Below are positions 1 through 13,332 of a stretch of DNA of 64,000 bases, in pieces. The DNA comes from the human T2T-CHM13v2.0 reference genome, Homo sapiens. Numbering within the stretch: the first letter of the stretch is position 1; each line of letters starts with the position of its first letter. The notes beneath the pieces are model-generated. The model made no database searches and was not told where the DNA came from. It worked only from the letters and a program-made list of their open reading frames with translations. Location: NCBI RefSeq assembly GCF_009914755.1, contig NC_060926.1. One strand, 5' to 3'. The position numbers and the translations under genes are program-made.

Positions 1-39
1 CTCCCAGCTTGGGGTGCCCTTCTATGTCCTCTTTCTCAG

Positions 40-301
40 TTATAATCCTTGTCAGACTAAAAGGCTCAGCTCAATTTCTGTGGCTTTCCCGAAACCTTTC
101 CTGATCCCTAAATCATTGTGGGTGGCATGGGAGCACTTGGTTGTACCTCTCTTGTAGCAAGCATTTAATTCTGAGTTGTATTGTAGTTACTTGTGTAAAT
201 ATCTATTTACTTCAACAAAGGGATCATGTTCTACACGTTGTTGTCAATTTTTTGGCCTCATTTTCACATGGGAAGTACTAAATAAATGTTTGTTGAATGA
301 A
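40..301 (+). mobile_element. L2 LINE 3' end fragment
   Basis: Ends in the typical L2 tail AATAAATGTTTGTTGAATGAA, preceded by degenerate L2 3' UTR-like sequence. Confidence 0.6.
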
Positions 302-1740
302 CTTCCCCCAGACAGTTGACCCTACTTTTAATTTTTTTCCTTTTTCCAGGAATAAAAATAATCAACAATCCATCTTTAGCATAGGTTTGAGTTTCTGTCT
401 GTAAAATGGGGACAGAAAGGTTGCCTCTAGCTCTTTTCTTTTCTCTTCCCGTTAGCCCCAGTGAACTATAGCAATGGCCCCTGCAGGGCCCACCTAGGAC
501 CTGTTAGCTTAGCTTGAAAAGATCCAAAGGTGAAGGCTATGGAACCTCCCAATTTCGCAGTGTTCTAGTTCTTAGTGAGGTCTTATGCCCCTCTTGCCCT
601 GCATTTCCTTCCTGTCATTTTGATGCCTATAGCAGAACTTACTGCTGAACAATCAGTGCTGGTCCTGCTGAAAACGCATCGAGACTGGGTGGCAGACTGG
701 CTTTCCAGCCACTGAAACGAGTTTCTGGTGGGGCCTGTCATCCCAGCAGCAGTTTAGGTGCTTTTGCTCAATGTGAAGTTGCATTTTATTTTCCCTAATT
801 ACTGACTGGATGTTAGAAATGGTTTGGCATTCAATTCTTTAGCTCCGTGTAAGGCAATAAACCGCTTCATCATACAATCCATTTAATTAATTACCTTTCA
901 TTTTGCGGGTGCTGTTAGTATGACGTCGATAAAATATAATCCAAATGTTTTCTGATGCAGTGTTGCCTTTCTGTCTCCTTACCCTGGGGCTTATTACCTC
1001 CTGGAGCAAGATTTAAAAAAAATTAAAAAGCAGAGGAAAGGGAAATTCAGGTAAAGCAGCAAGAAATATTCCTGACATTGGACTCTGCAAAGGCAAAGGG
1101 TCTAGCATTGATTTCTTACATTTAATATGATACTAAAGTGAACCAGATATTGCAAAGCTGGAAAAGAAAATAATCTGCGTTGGCAGAATGGTCCTTTATG
1201 GATAATGTGGATGTGATGTAGTTACTGTCCACTGCAGGCAGGATTACTGGCTGTCCTTGCAGTTGCTTTCTCTCTCCACCTTCCCCAGGTCATCCATGTC
1301 CCTTTCTGAATCTCCCACAAATGAAAGAAACACATATCAAAACAGCTGTTCCTATAAGGCAACATCAGGAAGACTTGGGATTTGCAGTTCATCCAGTGAA
1401 TAATTCTTTATTGAGGTGGCTCTACAGAGACGGGCCATGCTCCAAGAGAGCCGAAGAAAGAACTGGTCCATATCTGAGCTTGACTCTTTGGCCATTCAAA
1501 AGGGTGTCTAGGGATGGGAAAGGCCGATGGGTCATTTGGAAAGCTCTCGGCATAAGTGGGACCATGAACAAGTTCCAAGCTGGGTCTGTGGTAAACCATT
1601 TGTTCAATATTAAGAGAGTGATGATGGAAGACCAAAGGAACATGTAGTCTGTGAAGTTAAGGACTGTTCAGTGTCAGGGAACAGATGATGATGGAGATTT
1701 CCTCTAGATATCTTGCTTGCATGTCCCTGCGACACATTAA

Positions 1741-2043
1741 TTTTTTCTTCTTTTTTGAGACAGGGTCTTGCTCTATTGCTCAGGCTAGAGTGCAGTGGCA
1801 TGATCATGACTCACTGCAGCCCTGACCTGCTGGGTTCAAGTGATCCTCCTCCCTCAGCATCCTGAGTAGCTGGGACTATAGGCATTTGCCACCACATCTG
1901 GCTAATTAAAAATTTTTTTTTTTGTAGAGATGGGGTCTTACCATGTTGTACAGGCTGGTCTCGTAACTGCTGGGCTCAAGCAGTCCTCTCATCTTGGCCT
2001 CCCGAAGTGTTGGGATTACAGGTGTGAGCCACTGCCCTCAGCC
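1741..2043 (-). mobile_element. Alu SINE, AluJ-like, full length
   Basis: Poly-T then GAGACAGGGTCTTGCTCT...TGCAGTGGCATGATCATGACTCACTGCAGCC, T-rich linker, left arm ending GGGATTACAGGTGTGAGCCAC. Confidence 0.95.
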
Positions 2044-2878
2044 ATGACACAATTTTTAAAAGCTCCTGGGGCTGATCCAGGGATAACAGTAACATGGGTT
2101 TAGTGGGGGAGAAGGGAATAACCTTGACTTTAAGGAATCATCATGAGTTTTCATAGTTAATTCTCATTTAAAGAATTTCCCAAGGTCTCTCTGTGTGTGT
2201 TTTTGTTAGAATACCCAGTTAAATAGGGAGAGTCTTAGTATTTGAATAGACTGAGACAAACAGCTGCTTTCTGACATTTGTGTGTGTGGGTCTCATCACT
2301 CTCCCATCAACCTCCAAATATTTATAGAACATTCAGTACACACAGGGGCGAGGTGGACCTCCTTTCCTAGAATGACCACTCCATCTTTTCTGACCCTAGA
2401 TAGCAAGATCACCCCATCTCCACCTCTGAAGTAAAGGCTATAGTAACTTGCAAACGACTAGAATGTCTCAGCACCCCTGAGTTATGGTTCACAATGGGGA
2501 TATTAATAGTTTTGGAGATTAAATGAAGTAATAGATATTAAGCCCTTAGTTATTTTTATTAAAGTTATTATTTTTATCATTATTGGTAATGGGCCAACTG
2601 CCTACTTGGAGCTGACCTTAACCATGTATCTTTCACACCTTCTCTCTTGCCTTCCTGTAGAGCAAGGCTCATTTTTTCTAGTGTAATCATGAATGATATA
2701 ATATTTTTTCTGTTTAACTATTTCTTTAATATTTTTCAAAATATAAATAACTTTTTTTGCACTATATTTGAATATTAAAATGATTTGACCCAAAAGTTTG
2801 AGGTTGAGTATGTATTTATGTCCTAATGGTTAGAAGAGAATATAATCCTGAAAATAAATAAGGCTGGTAGTCGTAGGG

Positions 2879-3646
2879 AGTGGTTCTCTGGGGGTGATTG
2901 CCCCTGTAAACCCCACCTCCCAGGGGGCACTTGGCAATGTCTGGGACATTTTTTTGATTGTCATAACCAGGGGGAGGGTGCTACTGGCATCTAGCAAGTA
3001 GAGTCTATGGATGCTTCTAAACACTCTACAATGCACAGGAGAGCCCCGATTCATTTTTAAACACAAGGATGTCTTTAATGATTGCTGCCATAACAAATTA
3101 CCACACACTTAGTGGCTTACAACAAAACAGGTTTGTTATCTTCTACTTCTATTGGTCAGAAGTCTGACATGGGGCTCACCAGGCTAAAATCAAGGTGTCA
3201 GCAAGACTCCCTTTTTTTGGAGGCTCTAGGGGAGGATTCATTCCCTTGCCATTTCCAGCTTCTAGAGACTGCCCGCGTTCCTTGCCTTGGGGCCCCCGCC
3301 CCCATATTCAAAACCAGCAATCCTGAGTCCAGTCCCTTTCGTGCTTCAAATCTCTCCTGCCTCTTCCATGATCACATTTCTCTGACCATCTGTTATGCCT
3401 CCTTCTTGCATGTCTAAGGGCCACTGTGATTACATTGGGCCAACCCAGGTAATCCAGGATAACTTCCCTATTTTAAGGATTAGCCTCCTTAGTTCCATCT
3501 GCAAACTTGAATTTCTTTCGCCATGTGATGTGACATTCACAGATTCCAGGGACAAATTTTTGGGGGCTACTATTCTGTCTAAACAGCCCAAGATAAAAAA
3601 ATCATTCAGCCCCAAATACCAAGAGTGCCGAGGTTGAGAAACCCTG
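2879..3646 (+). mobile_element. MER20 (hAT-Charlie), split by an MLT1D LTR
   Basis: 5' part 2879-3047 (AGTGGTTCTC...TTGGCAATGTCTGGGACATTTTT...GGTGCTACTGGCATCTAG...ACAATGCACAGGAGAGCCCC); 3' part 3586-3646 ending AGTGCCGAGGTTGAGAAACCCTG. Confidence 0.85.
3070..3585 (-). mobile_element. MLT1D-like MaLR solo LTR
   Basis: ATTGCTGCCATAACAAATTACCACACACTTAGTGGCTT...GGCTAAAATCAAGGTGTCAGCA...GGAGGCTCTAGGGGAGGATTC...CCAGCTTCTAGAG matches reverse-complemented MLT1C/D. Confidence 0.85.
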
Positions 3647-4387
3647 TCTTAAGAGAAAGCTTTCTAGTCCTTAGAGAAAGCTGGGTCCTTTATTCAATGT
3701 GGATAAAAGAAAAAAGCTACCTTTAAACTGACTCACTTTTGAAGTGTTAACATCACAGCACATTTAATAATTTGGACAATTTGCATTAAAAGCCACTGCT
3801 GGCCAAGATATGATGATAACTTAGTCTACACAGTGAGGAAGTGAAAAATCTCCTATTAAATAAATGAAGCAGCAGCTTCTGGTAACAAACATATAACAAA
3901 CAAACATATGAAACAGAATATTCATCTTTTCTTCAATGGGAATAACACATGACAAAAGTGAGGCTTTCTTCACATTGTTTGTTTATAGAAAATTCATCTC
4001 CACCGAGGCCTTATGTTAAATTTGCTCTCTGATGTTAGCATTTCCAGGATGCACAGGGCCACTGGAGTATGTTCTTATGATCTTACCATTTATTTACCTT
4101 GATACAAAACTCCAATTACTGTCAGAGATGCTTCTTGTTAAATATGGTAAGATCTCCAGCTTCTGAGAGTGTGAATATGTATTTGATTCTCTGGGGCCAG
4201 GCTCAGATGGAAGTTAAGGAATGAGTTCTGGGGACGTGGGTGCAAATTAATTAAATATCTGAAGATAACCATGGAGGAAGCTTGGGCTTTAGAGAAAAGG
4301 CTGAAACTCAGGGAGAGAAGATTGTATATCAAGAGACTGTGAGGTTGGTTTTTTTCTTCCACTGACGCTTTCTTTCCTGGTCTTGCA

Positions 4388-4389
4388 TG

Positions 4390-4420
<31 letters not shown>

Positions 4421-4475
4421 CGCACACATGCGCGTGCATGTGCTGGTGTCTGTGTGCATGCTCATGCACACATGC
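4388..4475. repeat. (TG)n microsatellite and alternating purine-pyrimidine tract
   Basis: Read directly: TGTGTG...TGCGCACACATGCGCGTGCATGTG. Confidence 0.9.
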
Positions 4476-5607
4476 TTGCTCATTTACTCTAAGTGTTACT
4501 GTGCTTTTGTGTTGCTTTCTTGTATCTTTCAATGCCTAAAGCAACTCTTGGATTATCCAAAATCGGGAATCAGAATATAACATATAATTTCCAAAGACAT
4601 CAGGGGAGACTGTTCTCCAGATAAAATGTTAGAATTCTCCTGATATATTCAAACTGTCATATTTAGTTACTGGCTTTCTTTGGCAATCCAACTCTATTTT
4701 ATTCATGGGCTATTCTAAAAATGTAATCAAAGGACACCTACTGGCTACAAGCAACTTTGCTCATGTCTAGTAGGGCTGTGAAGAATGGTTTGAATTTAGT
4801 GCAGATGCAGGAAAATATGTGCTGTCATCAAGAGCCTATCACACTTTCAACTTATAAAATATCTTGACTGGAGTCTGGCCAGAGTGAGTATGGGGTGGAG
4901 GCTTTAGTGAGGATGAATGTATTGGGTCAGATAAAGTAAGGACCGAAGCGAGTCTTAAGTAGACTATAAATTGAACAGAATGGGATACTATTATTTTTGG
5001 CTCAATAAGTAGAAAAATGGTACTATGCTTATCTTTTCTTCCATTTTTTGACTTGCATTTAGTCTCTATTTTAGGGTTATATATATTTTTTATTTCTGGC
5101 AGCCACAGAGACCTGCTTTGGGGAAGCACTGGAGTTCTGTGGTTCTGAATGTGAAAAAGAAATGATGCATCATTGTTGTTGCCATGCTGGGGAATTTTCT
5201 GGGGAAACATTTCCATTCCTTCATAGAAATCTGTTCTGTGCTTAGGCCTAGGAGAATGATCGTTTCCTAGGTATAAAGCACATGCCTGCAGCAGCTCAGT
5301 TATACTTTATAACCCCATAGCATATAAACAATTTGATTTGGAAAGCCAGTTAAGTTCTTCCTTTGCATTCCATCTTATCGGCGGCATCAGTTGTTTTGCT
5401 ATCCTCCTCTGGTATGGAGAAGATAAAAGCAATGCATTTTTAGTTATAGGGATAATATGTTTTCAGCCTTATCTGAAGAAACGACCTTTTGCTTGATTGT
5501 TATTAGCACACAGGGGTTGTAATACGTCAAAACCCCAAAGACATACCAAGACTCAAATGCAAAGTGATAGGGAAGATTTCAAAAACCAGCAGAACCACGG
5601 CATGGTG

Positions 5608-5796
5608 TAGGTAGTTTCAAATCGAAGCATGCATCGGACTCTCCTAGCATGCTTGTTAAAGCACAGATTGCGGGACCTCATCCCCAGAGTTTCCGATTCA
5701 GTAGATCTAGGGTGTGGCCCTAGAATGTGCATTTCTAACAAGTTCTCAGGGAATGCTGCTGCTGCTGGCCCAGGACTGCGCTTTGAGAACCAGTGG
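5608..5796. mobile_element. MER5A (hAT-Charlie)
   Basis: GCTTGTTAAAGCACAGATTGCGGGACCTCATCCCCAGAGTTTCCGATTCAGTAGATCTAGGG...GCATTTCTAACAAGTTCTCAGG...CTTTGAGAACCAGTG. Confidence 0.9.
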
Positions 5797-5893
5797 CATA
5801 GTTGGTACACATAGGCTTAATGATTTTGCATCTGGCTTCCACCATTTCCAGCTGTTTAACCTTTGGCAAGTTCCTTAATCCCTTGCTGCTTAA

Positions 5894-6323
<430 letters not shown>

Positions 6324-6779
6324 GACTTAGTTTCACTTCTTATTTTTATTTTCTGTAAAATGGGAACAATACTTATTTCTTCCCAGGGTGTTGTCAAGTG
6401 AAATGCATGTCAAGGGCTTAGCAGTAGTGCCTGGCACAAAACGTGCCCTCAATGAATGTTACCACTTAAAATTATTAAGCTGATTTGGGATGGAAGAGCC
6501 AGCAAGTTCTCTCCTATAGTAATGTGTTTGTTAAAGGTAAAATGTGTGTGTTTCTACTTTATTTTCACTTTCTTCCTCCCCCTTTTGCCCTTAAGCTCAT
6601 CTTTTATGGGTTTCTAGTTTCTTCGGGCCCACAAATGTTGAGTGACTGTTTTGGGTTTGAGGGCAATAGGTTTCCTATTTTACCCACTTTATCATATAAG
6701 CCTTCTACTAAAGCATCTTCAATTATCTTGAGGCAGTGTGGGGAAATTCTGAAAGCAAAATTAGTAATAAATTGAAAGA

Positions 6780-7194
6780 TGTGTCTCAGTCTGTTGTGCT
6801 CCCATAAAGGAATGCCCGAGGCTGGGTAATTTATAAAGAAAAAAGGTTGATTTGACTCACAATTCTGCTGGCTGGAAGGTTCAAGATTGGGCATCTGGTG
6901 AGGCCCTCAGGCTGCTTCCACTCCTGCAGGAAGACAAAGGGGAGCCTGTGTGTGCAGAGACCACAGGGAAAGAGAGGAAGCAGGCAGGGGCCAGTGGCAG
7001 GCTCTCTCAACAACCAGTTCTCATGGAAGCGGTGAGTGATAACTCACTCACTCCTGAGAGAAGGGCACTGCAACATTCATGGGGAATCCACCCCCAGTCC
7101 CAAACACCTCCTACCAGGCTCCACCTCCAACACTGAGATCGGATTTCACCATGAGACTTGGTGGAGCCAAACAAACCCTATTCAAACCATAGCA
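6780..7194 (-). mobile_element. MST-family (MSTB-like) MaLR solo LTR
   Basis: GAGGCTGGGTAATTTATAAAGAAAAAAGG...GGCATCTGGTGAGGCCCTCAGGCTGCTTCCACTC...AAACACCTCCTACCAGGCTCCACCTCCAACACTG...TTCAAACCATAGCA. Confidence 0.88.
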
Positions 7195-8759
7195 GCACAT
7201 CTGTCCAGCACTTTGGAAAGCACTATGGGAGAAGGTCTTAAAGCCAGGCAGACTTCAATAGGGTGTAGACACCAAAAAAAGTTGGGAATTGCCATTAGAC
7301 TCTCTCCCCTTCCCCTTTCCCATTCTTTCCCATTCAATTCTAAAATTGTTTTCAGAATTATGTTAAATTATTTTGCCCAACTATGACCTAGAAAAGATTG
7401 ATGTGCCTTAAGAAGTTTTCTTTGCGATGAAGCATTTCAAGGTTTCTTGGGGAGGCTCAGTACTCTAACTTCTGAAGACCTGGTCTGGCTCAGGGTGGGC
7501 CTCCGAATCCTCTTTGTTTGCTCCTGGGATCTGGCTCTAAACAGCAGATGCTCTAGCTTAGAGTGAAGGGTGTCACCTCTGGCACTGTAATTAGTGGGCC
7601 TGGTGTCTGGTCTGGGACTAACATACCTTGGGCAGATTCCTCATCTATGCTGAATCCCAGTTTCCTCATCTTTAAAGGGGAATCCTCATATTTTTCCTAC
7701 CTCTATTCCAAGGTTGTAGTAAATACAATATGGAGAGATGCCTTGAATATCAGCAACATTGTTTTATCATTGTCAGTTTTATCATTGTCCGTTGGGCAGA
7801 CCCCTGGGATACAAGAGTAGAGCTGGCTTCAGAGAACATTGGAGTGTACTGGTGTCAGAGGTCTGCTCCCTAAACTCAGATTGGTGAGGTTTTATTGAGA
7901 ATGGTTGTGAAAACATTGGCTCATAAAGGCTGGGAGTACACACACGAAGAAGGTCTGGGCTGTTTCCAATTTCTGCAGTTTGGGGACTGGCAACCTCCTT
8001 TCAATGTCCAGCAGGTGAGACACTGCTGAGAGAAGCCTGAGGAAGTGACAGCTGCAGCTGACATTGCAGAGAGCAGAAGCCAACTTTTTCACTGGATGAG
8101 CAAGCCACTTTGTCCTCAGTTTCCCTTTGATGGAACCTCTGCCACCTGCCAAGCCCTGTCTGTTTCCTGAATGCCATAGCAGGTTGTCCCATAGGGAGGG
8201 CAGGTTGTAAAGGGTTAAAGAAGATGCCATGACTTGAATTAACAAGTCTATGGCTAGGGGTTCAGTTAAGACCACCTCTTGTTTGACCACCAACCAACGT
8301 TCCCTGCTTCAGCTTTGGCTCCTTAAAGGATGTGAGGGATCAAACTAGGAAGCTTTTATATGCCCATTTAGATTAACAAACAAACAAACACATGATATTT
8401 GACTGCTAGTAAGCCTTTCCTCTTAGGGAGAAATTACAGTTGTTGACTCTATCACATACCCTCCATGCCTGATTCCTGGCTTCTTATGAAAATTCCCATC
8501 CTTGATTTTCCCCCCTTGGGCTAGCCCACCTTCTTGGATAAGAACAGGTTTTCTTCTTTCTTGCATATTATCCTTGTTCCTGACTCTCCCTTGCTGTGTT
8601 GCTGATTCAGATTTCCAGTATTGACTCCAACCTTCCCATCTGTGATCTCATCATTCTAACCTCTTGTGCTACAGATGCTGGAAAACAAAAAGCTACTTGA
8701 AAAAACTCCCTTAGAGTTCAGTTTCTGTGTACTATGTTGGTCCTACCTATGTACAAGAC

Positions 8760-9027
8760 TAGGTTTCAGAGCTGAGCAGGATGGAGTGAGAGGCAGAGTA
8801 TGAGGCATTCACTTTTTGGTGTAAATCAGGGGTACCATGTTCTACACTCACACCTTCCTGCTGGCTGCAGTGGTGATATTTTCCTCCATTGTGGCAGGAC
8901 ATTGGGAATTATTCCTGGAAGCTCTGCATGGGTGTTTGAAGCTACCTAATGCCTAGTAATGAATCACTTTGTGCTGAAATTAGCTAGAGTGGTTTCTGTT
9001 GGCTGAGGCTGAATCTAACTGATATAC
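8760..9027 (+). mobile_element. Old MLT1 (J/K/L-type) LTR 3' remnant
   Basis: Ends GCTGAAATTAGCTAGAGTGGTTTCTGTT...CTAACTGATATA, like old MLT1 3' termini; 5' boundary uncertain. Confidence 0.5.
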
Positions 9028-9487
9028 TGACTGGATACTTGCCATTTTCCCCAATATAATTCACCAGCTTTCACACCTGTATTCTTGGGCCAGCGAGCCA
9101 ATCTTACCACTAGAACCACAGCACCTGTTATTTTGGTCTGACAGGGGTCTTCCCCACTTACTTCCAGGTACATTTCCTGGCATGAACTTTGCTGCTACCA
9201 CTGCCAATCAAGCCATGTCCTGGGGCTTGAACCATCAAAAAGTGGTACTGAACAGAAGTTGCTTAAATTCAGGATGTGAACGGATGAGTTATCTGTGAGT
9301 TTACTTAGTTTCCTGGCCTAATCCTGTTCTGATGTTTCAAATGCATTGGTGTGGTGGAAGCTGATCAGAAATTCTCCACCTTTCTTTCTTATTAGATATC
9401 CCAAACTTTCAAGACATCTGCAATTATTTACTCATTCATTTATCATATTTTAAAAACATTATCTTTTTAAACAAATGAGAAGGGCAC

Positions 9488-9842
9488 TATGTTAGTCTGT
9501 TCTCACGCTGCTAATAAAGACATACTGAGACTGTGTAATTTATGAAGAAAAGAGGTTTAATTGACTCACAGTTCCACGTGGTTGGGGAGGCCTCATAATC
9601 ATGGCAGAAAGAGAATGAGGAGGAAAGTCACATCTTACATGGTGGCAAGTAAGAGAGCTTGTGTAGGGGAACTCCCATTTATAAAACCATCAGATCTTAT
9701 GAGACTTATTCACTACCACAAGAACAGTATGCAGGAAACTGCCCCCATGGTTCAATTATCTCCACCTGGCCCCACCCTTGACATGTGGGGATTATTACAA
9801 TTCAAGGTGAGATTTGGGTGGGGACACAGCCAAACCATATCA
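9488..9842 (-). mobile_element. THE1C-like MaLR solo LTR, 5-bp TSD
   Basis: TTAGTCTGTTCTCACGCTGCTAATAAAGACATAC...GGCCCCACCCTTGACATGTGGGGATTATTACAATTCAAGGTGAGATTTGGGTGGGGACACAGCCAAACCATATCA. TSD GGCAC at 9483-9487 and 9843-9847. Confidence 0.93.
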
Positions 9843-11579
9843 GGCACTTTTCATTTCAAAAATGGCTGCATATGCAATTTTCTAGGTATATTAAATAGTA
9901 TCCCCAAGAGAATCTTTTCTGAAGAATGGAACATATGTGTACAGGAGTAAATAAAGTAAAATTTGAGGAATCAGGCATATCAAGGAACATCCAGAGTCAC
10001 ACTGAAGACTCTGACTTGAACTTTGGAGTTGTGGATTTTTCAGGTGAGCTCTGTTCCACTGGTGCAAACAAAAAATCTCAAAAAAGTTCAGAGCCTGTCC
10101 ATCAAAGCCTGTTGGAAGAGGGTGCCTGGTGATATGTTTTGATTAGAGAGGGGTTCTACATACGCAAAACACACACACACACACGTGCACATACACACTT
10201 GAGTTGTTCCTTTCAAGGGCACAATTAATCTTTGCCTTTCATCACAATCCATTCCTGGAAATTGTGTTGTAAAGCAGTCACATTTTCCCATAAGAACAAT
10301 ATAATAATTGGGCATTGCAATCCTGACCAAAGACTTGCCATTAAATAAACCATAGATGTGGTAAAAATATGTCGTAAAAGCAAAGATGTGACAGCTGTAA
10401 ACCTTTGTAATAATTTTAGAGAATAAAATTAAGCTCTGTCATATAAATGGGCTCAAATATACTATACACATTGATTATATAAGAAATTTCGATGAACTAT
10501 AAAGTCTATATAACATAAAAAGTACAAATCTAGTGCATCATAAATTTGACCTAAAACTATTATTCTAGCTATAATAAACATTAAACATTTAATTAAGAAT
10601 CATTTTTCTTTCCTTCTTGGAAGTGAGGAAGACATTTACTACTGTATGATTCAAATGGCCTAGGTTTCTCAACAAGAGCCAACCATATGCCTTCTTATCT
10701 CAGTGAACTTCCCTTAACAAGTAGAGACATTACAGAAAGCCTCCCAATGACCTTTACACCATAGCCCATGGAAACATTTATTGCCACTAGACAGCAGGTT
10801 TCAAACTACTGAATGGGGGAAATGTGGGTGTTATAAAGGATGGTATAGTTTTGTTCTAAGGAGTACTGAATGAATGGATAGTTACATTGGAAAAAGTGAG
10901 GTCTGAGGGCTGCATTGGTATAGTTTTGAGACTTGAGCTTGCTATAAACTCTAGAGTTTTCCGTTAACAACACATTTCATGTTTATTCAATGCTTTAGTG
11001 CTTAATGACTTAGAAAGAACATCTACACCTTCAGTAGCCATATGGTGCTCTTCAGCTTCTCTTTAGAAGAGCAAGTTCAAGAGATGTCAACAGCTCTGCC
11101 ACTATTTTCTTAATAAAGCAAAATTGAAAAATCACTAAAAATAACACATTAGCTCATTTCTGTTAAATATAACCTTTGAGTATGTGTTGTAATGCCGTGC
11201 TTTCTGGTTCATAGCTTCTAGTACCTGGAATAGTGCCTGGCTTGTGATTGGTGCTCAATAGATATTTGTTGAAACAAAGAAAAAAAGACAGAAAGAGAAA
11301 GAGAGAGAGAGGGAATGAGGAATAAAAAATTTCTCAAATATGAGCTTTAACTACTACAGGGCTCCCAGGACAAACCTTAGAGTATGCTTACAGAGAGGAT
11401 GCCTTGAGGAAGTCAGAAAAACTGGACTCCCAGGAGTGGTTCAGGGTGGTCCAACCAGCAGAAGAATAACCAGCCAATTCAAATTCAAATTCAGCAAGGT
11501 GAATATACAGGAAATCAGTTGAGTAGAATCCAGGGTCAGGCAGTTTAAGAACCAATATGATTCAAGAAATTAGGTGAGA

Positions 11580-11880
11580 TATACATCATCTGCCCCGTCT
11601 TTCTCATTTAGTCTCCCCAGATCTTCTTGTCCAATCCACTTCTTCTCATCCACTTCAACTTGCACCTATAATCCAATAATCCTTAAACCCATCTTTCGAG
11701 CCCAACATCTCATCTCAGCCCTAGAGCCTTATATATGAATATCTACTGGATATATCTGTTTGACTCTCCTGAAGATACCTCAAATTCACCTTATTCAGTA
11801 CTAAATTTGTTTTATCTTTTCTCACTCCAAATATGAATATCTTTCTACTTTTACTTTCTTGGTGACAGGCTAAAACCTTC
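11580..11880 (+). mobile_element. L2 fragment
   Basis: Pyrimidine-rich L2-like sequence (ATCTACTGGATATATCTGTTTGACTCTCCTGAAGATACCTCAAATTCACC). Confidence 0.45.
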
Positions 11881-12192
11881 CTTCATCGGACTTTCTTGAG
11901 TTAAAGAGGGGTGTGTCTGAACAAGTTTGAATTCTTTTCACTGCTGTCATCCTGTCTTAGTTTTCAGGTGAAAGGCACTCAGTATCCAGGGTCTTGGCTA
12001 GCAGGTTCTGTTGTGTTGATCTGTGTGCTGGAAACAATTTCTTCAGAGCTGTACATATTGGGAATCATACCATTTTGGAAAAAGCCTCTTGCAATGTGTA
12101 TCAATGTTGCTTTCAACACATTTTAAGAATAGACTTATGGTATTAAAATGGATTAACTCTGGGGAGAGTGGCTGAAGGAAGATTTAGGAAAA

Positions 12193-12281
12193 GCCTGGGA
12201 CGGAGGCGTTTCCTGCGATACAGAATGTTCAGTGTTAAAACCAGGACAGGCTTGGGCAAGCTGGGGTGGCTGGTCATCCTA
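12193..12281. mobile_element. MER81-like hAT MITE, partial
   Basis: GCCTGGGACGGAGGCGTTTCCTG...TTCAGTGTTAAAACCAGGACAGG...GGGCAAGCTGGGG...TGGTCATCCTA, with the TGGTCACCCTA-type terminus. Confidence 0.7.
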
Positions 12282-13069
12282 TGAAGGAATGTTTTCCTTA
12301 CTTTAAGAATAGGAAGACAGTCAATAAAAGTGATGTGTAGAAAATCGTTGGTTGATATAAAGTCTTTTTGGCCATATCAACACATAAGAATGACAAAACT
12401 ATTTTTATATTAACTTGTTTAGATAATGAGACTCAATAGATTTGTAATGCTGTACCATTTAATAGAATTTTCACTGATAGAAGATATAGATTTGTGATAG
12501 TATTTACTGTTGAATTAATGAGCTGCTTGCCTATATCCAGATAATTAATACAGAGAATAAAAAGGAATATTTGAAAATATTAACATTCCAAAAATATATT
12601 CAGGCAAATATTCCATTCACTACAATGGGCATTTTGAATTACTTAAAAATAGTTGGCTTTTATGGTCAATTGGCTATAGCTATGTTACTGGTAATAAACC
12701 ATAAATCTTAATGCATCACCTTTTGAGACCAACAGGGATGATATTTTAAGGTAAAGAGAATATGGAAGAATTTATACAGCATGCCAATTTCATTGTAATT
12801 CTTATTAATAAATTAGCAAGGAAGAGGTAGCAAAACGATGAATTGCTGGAATTCATTAATTTGAGAATAACTCTCTTTGTGCTTGAGCCAATTATTTCTA
12901 AGATAGAGTGCTTGGAGGAGGCAGTAATATCCAGAGCTAAGATATCATAAAAATGGGGGAGAAATCACTAGTGGGATATCATAGCAGTGACTGTTGTCTA
13001 GGAATTATAATCCTAGTTAAAGGCTAACTGAAAATGAACTTGACCAATTTCCCAGAAAGCTCACTTTGT

Positions 13070-13260
13070 ATTTTAGTGGTTAAGTGTGAAGATTGCCTGG
13101 GTTCTCATTATTTGTGAAACCTTGTGCATTTTAGCTGTACTCTTCAAGCCTTGATTCTTCCATCTGTAAAATTAGAGTAGTTACCTCTTGAGCTGTTGGG
13201 TTGAGACAATGAATATAAAATTGTTAACAGAGTGCCTGAAAGAGTGTTAGTTGATTTTAT
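13070..13260 (+). mobile_element. MIR SINE
   Basis: TAGTGGTTAAG...GATTGCCTGGGTTC...CATCTGTAAAATTAG...AACAGAGTGCCTG. Confidence 0.6.
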
Positions 13261-13332
13261 TTCGCATTATACATTATTATATATTAAGTATAATACAATG
13301 TATAACATAACTGTTATGTAATATATTTATAA

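Noticed and set aside
4138-4580. His/Thr- and Cys/Val-rich ORFs
   Set aside because: Translations of the (TG)n microsatellite.
7761-7790. Short 15-bp tandem duplication, similar to one at 50622-50654
   Set aside because: Ordinary replication-slippage duplications.
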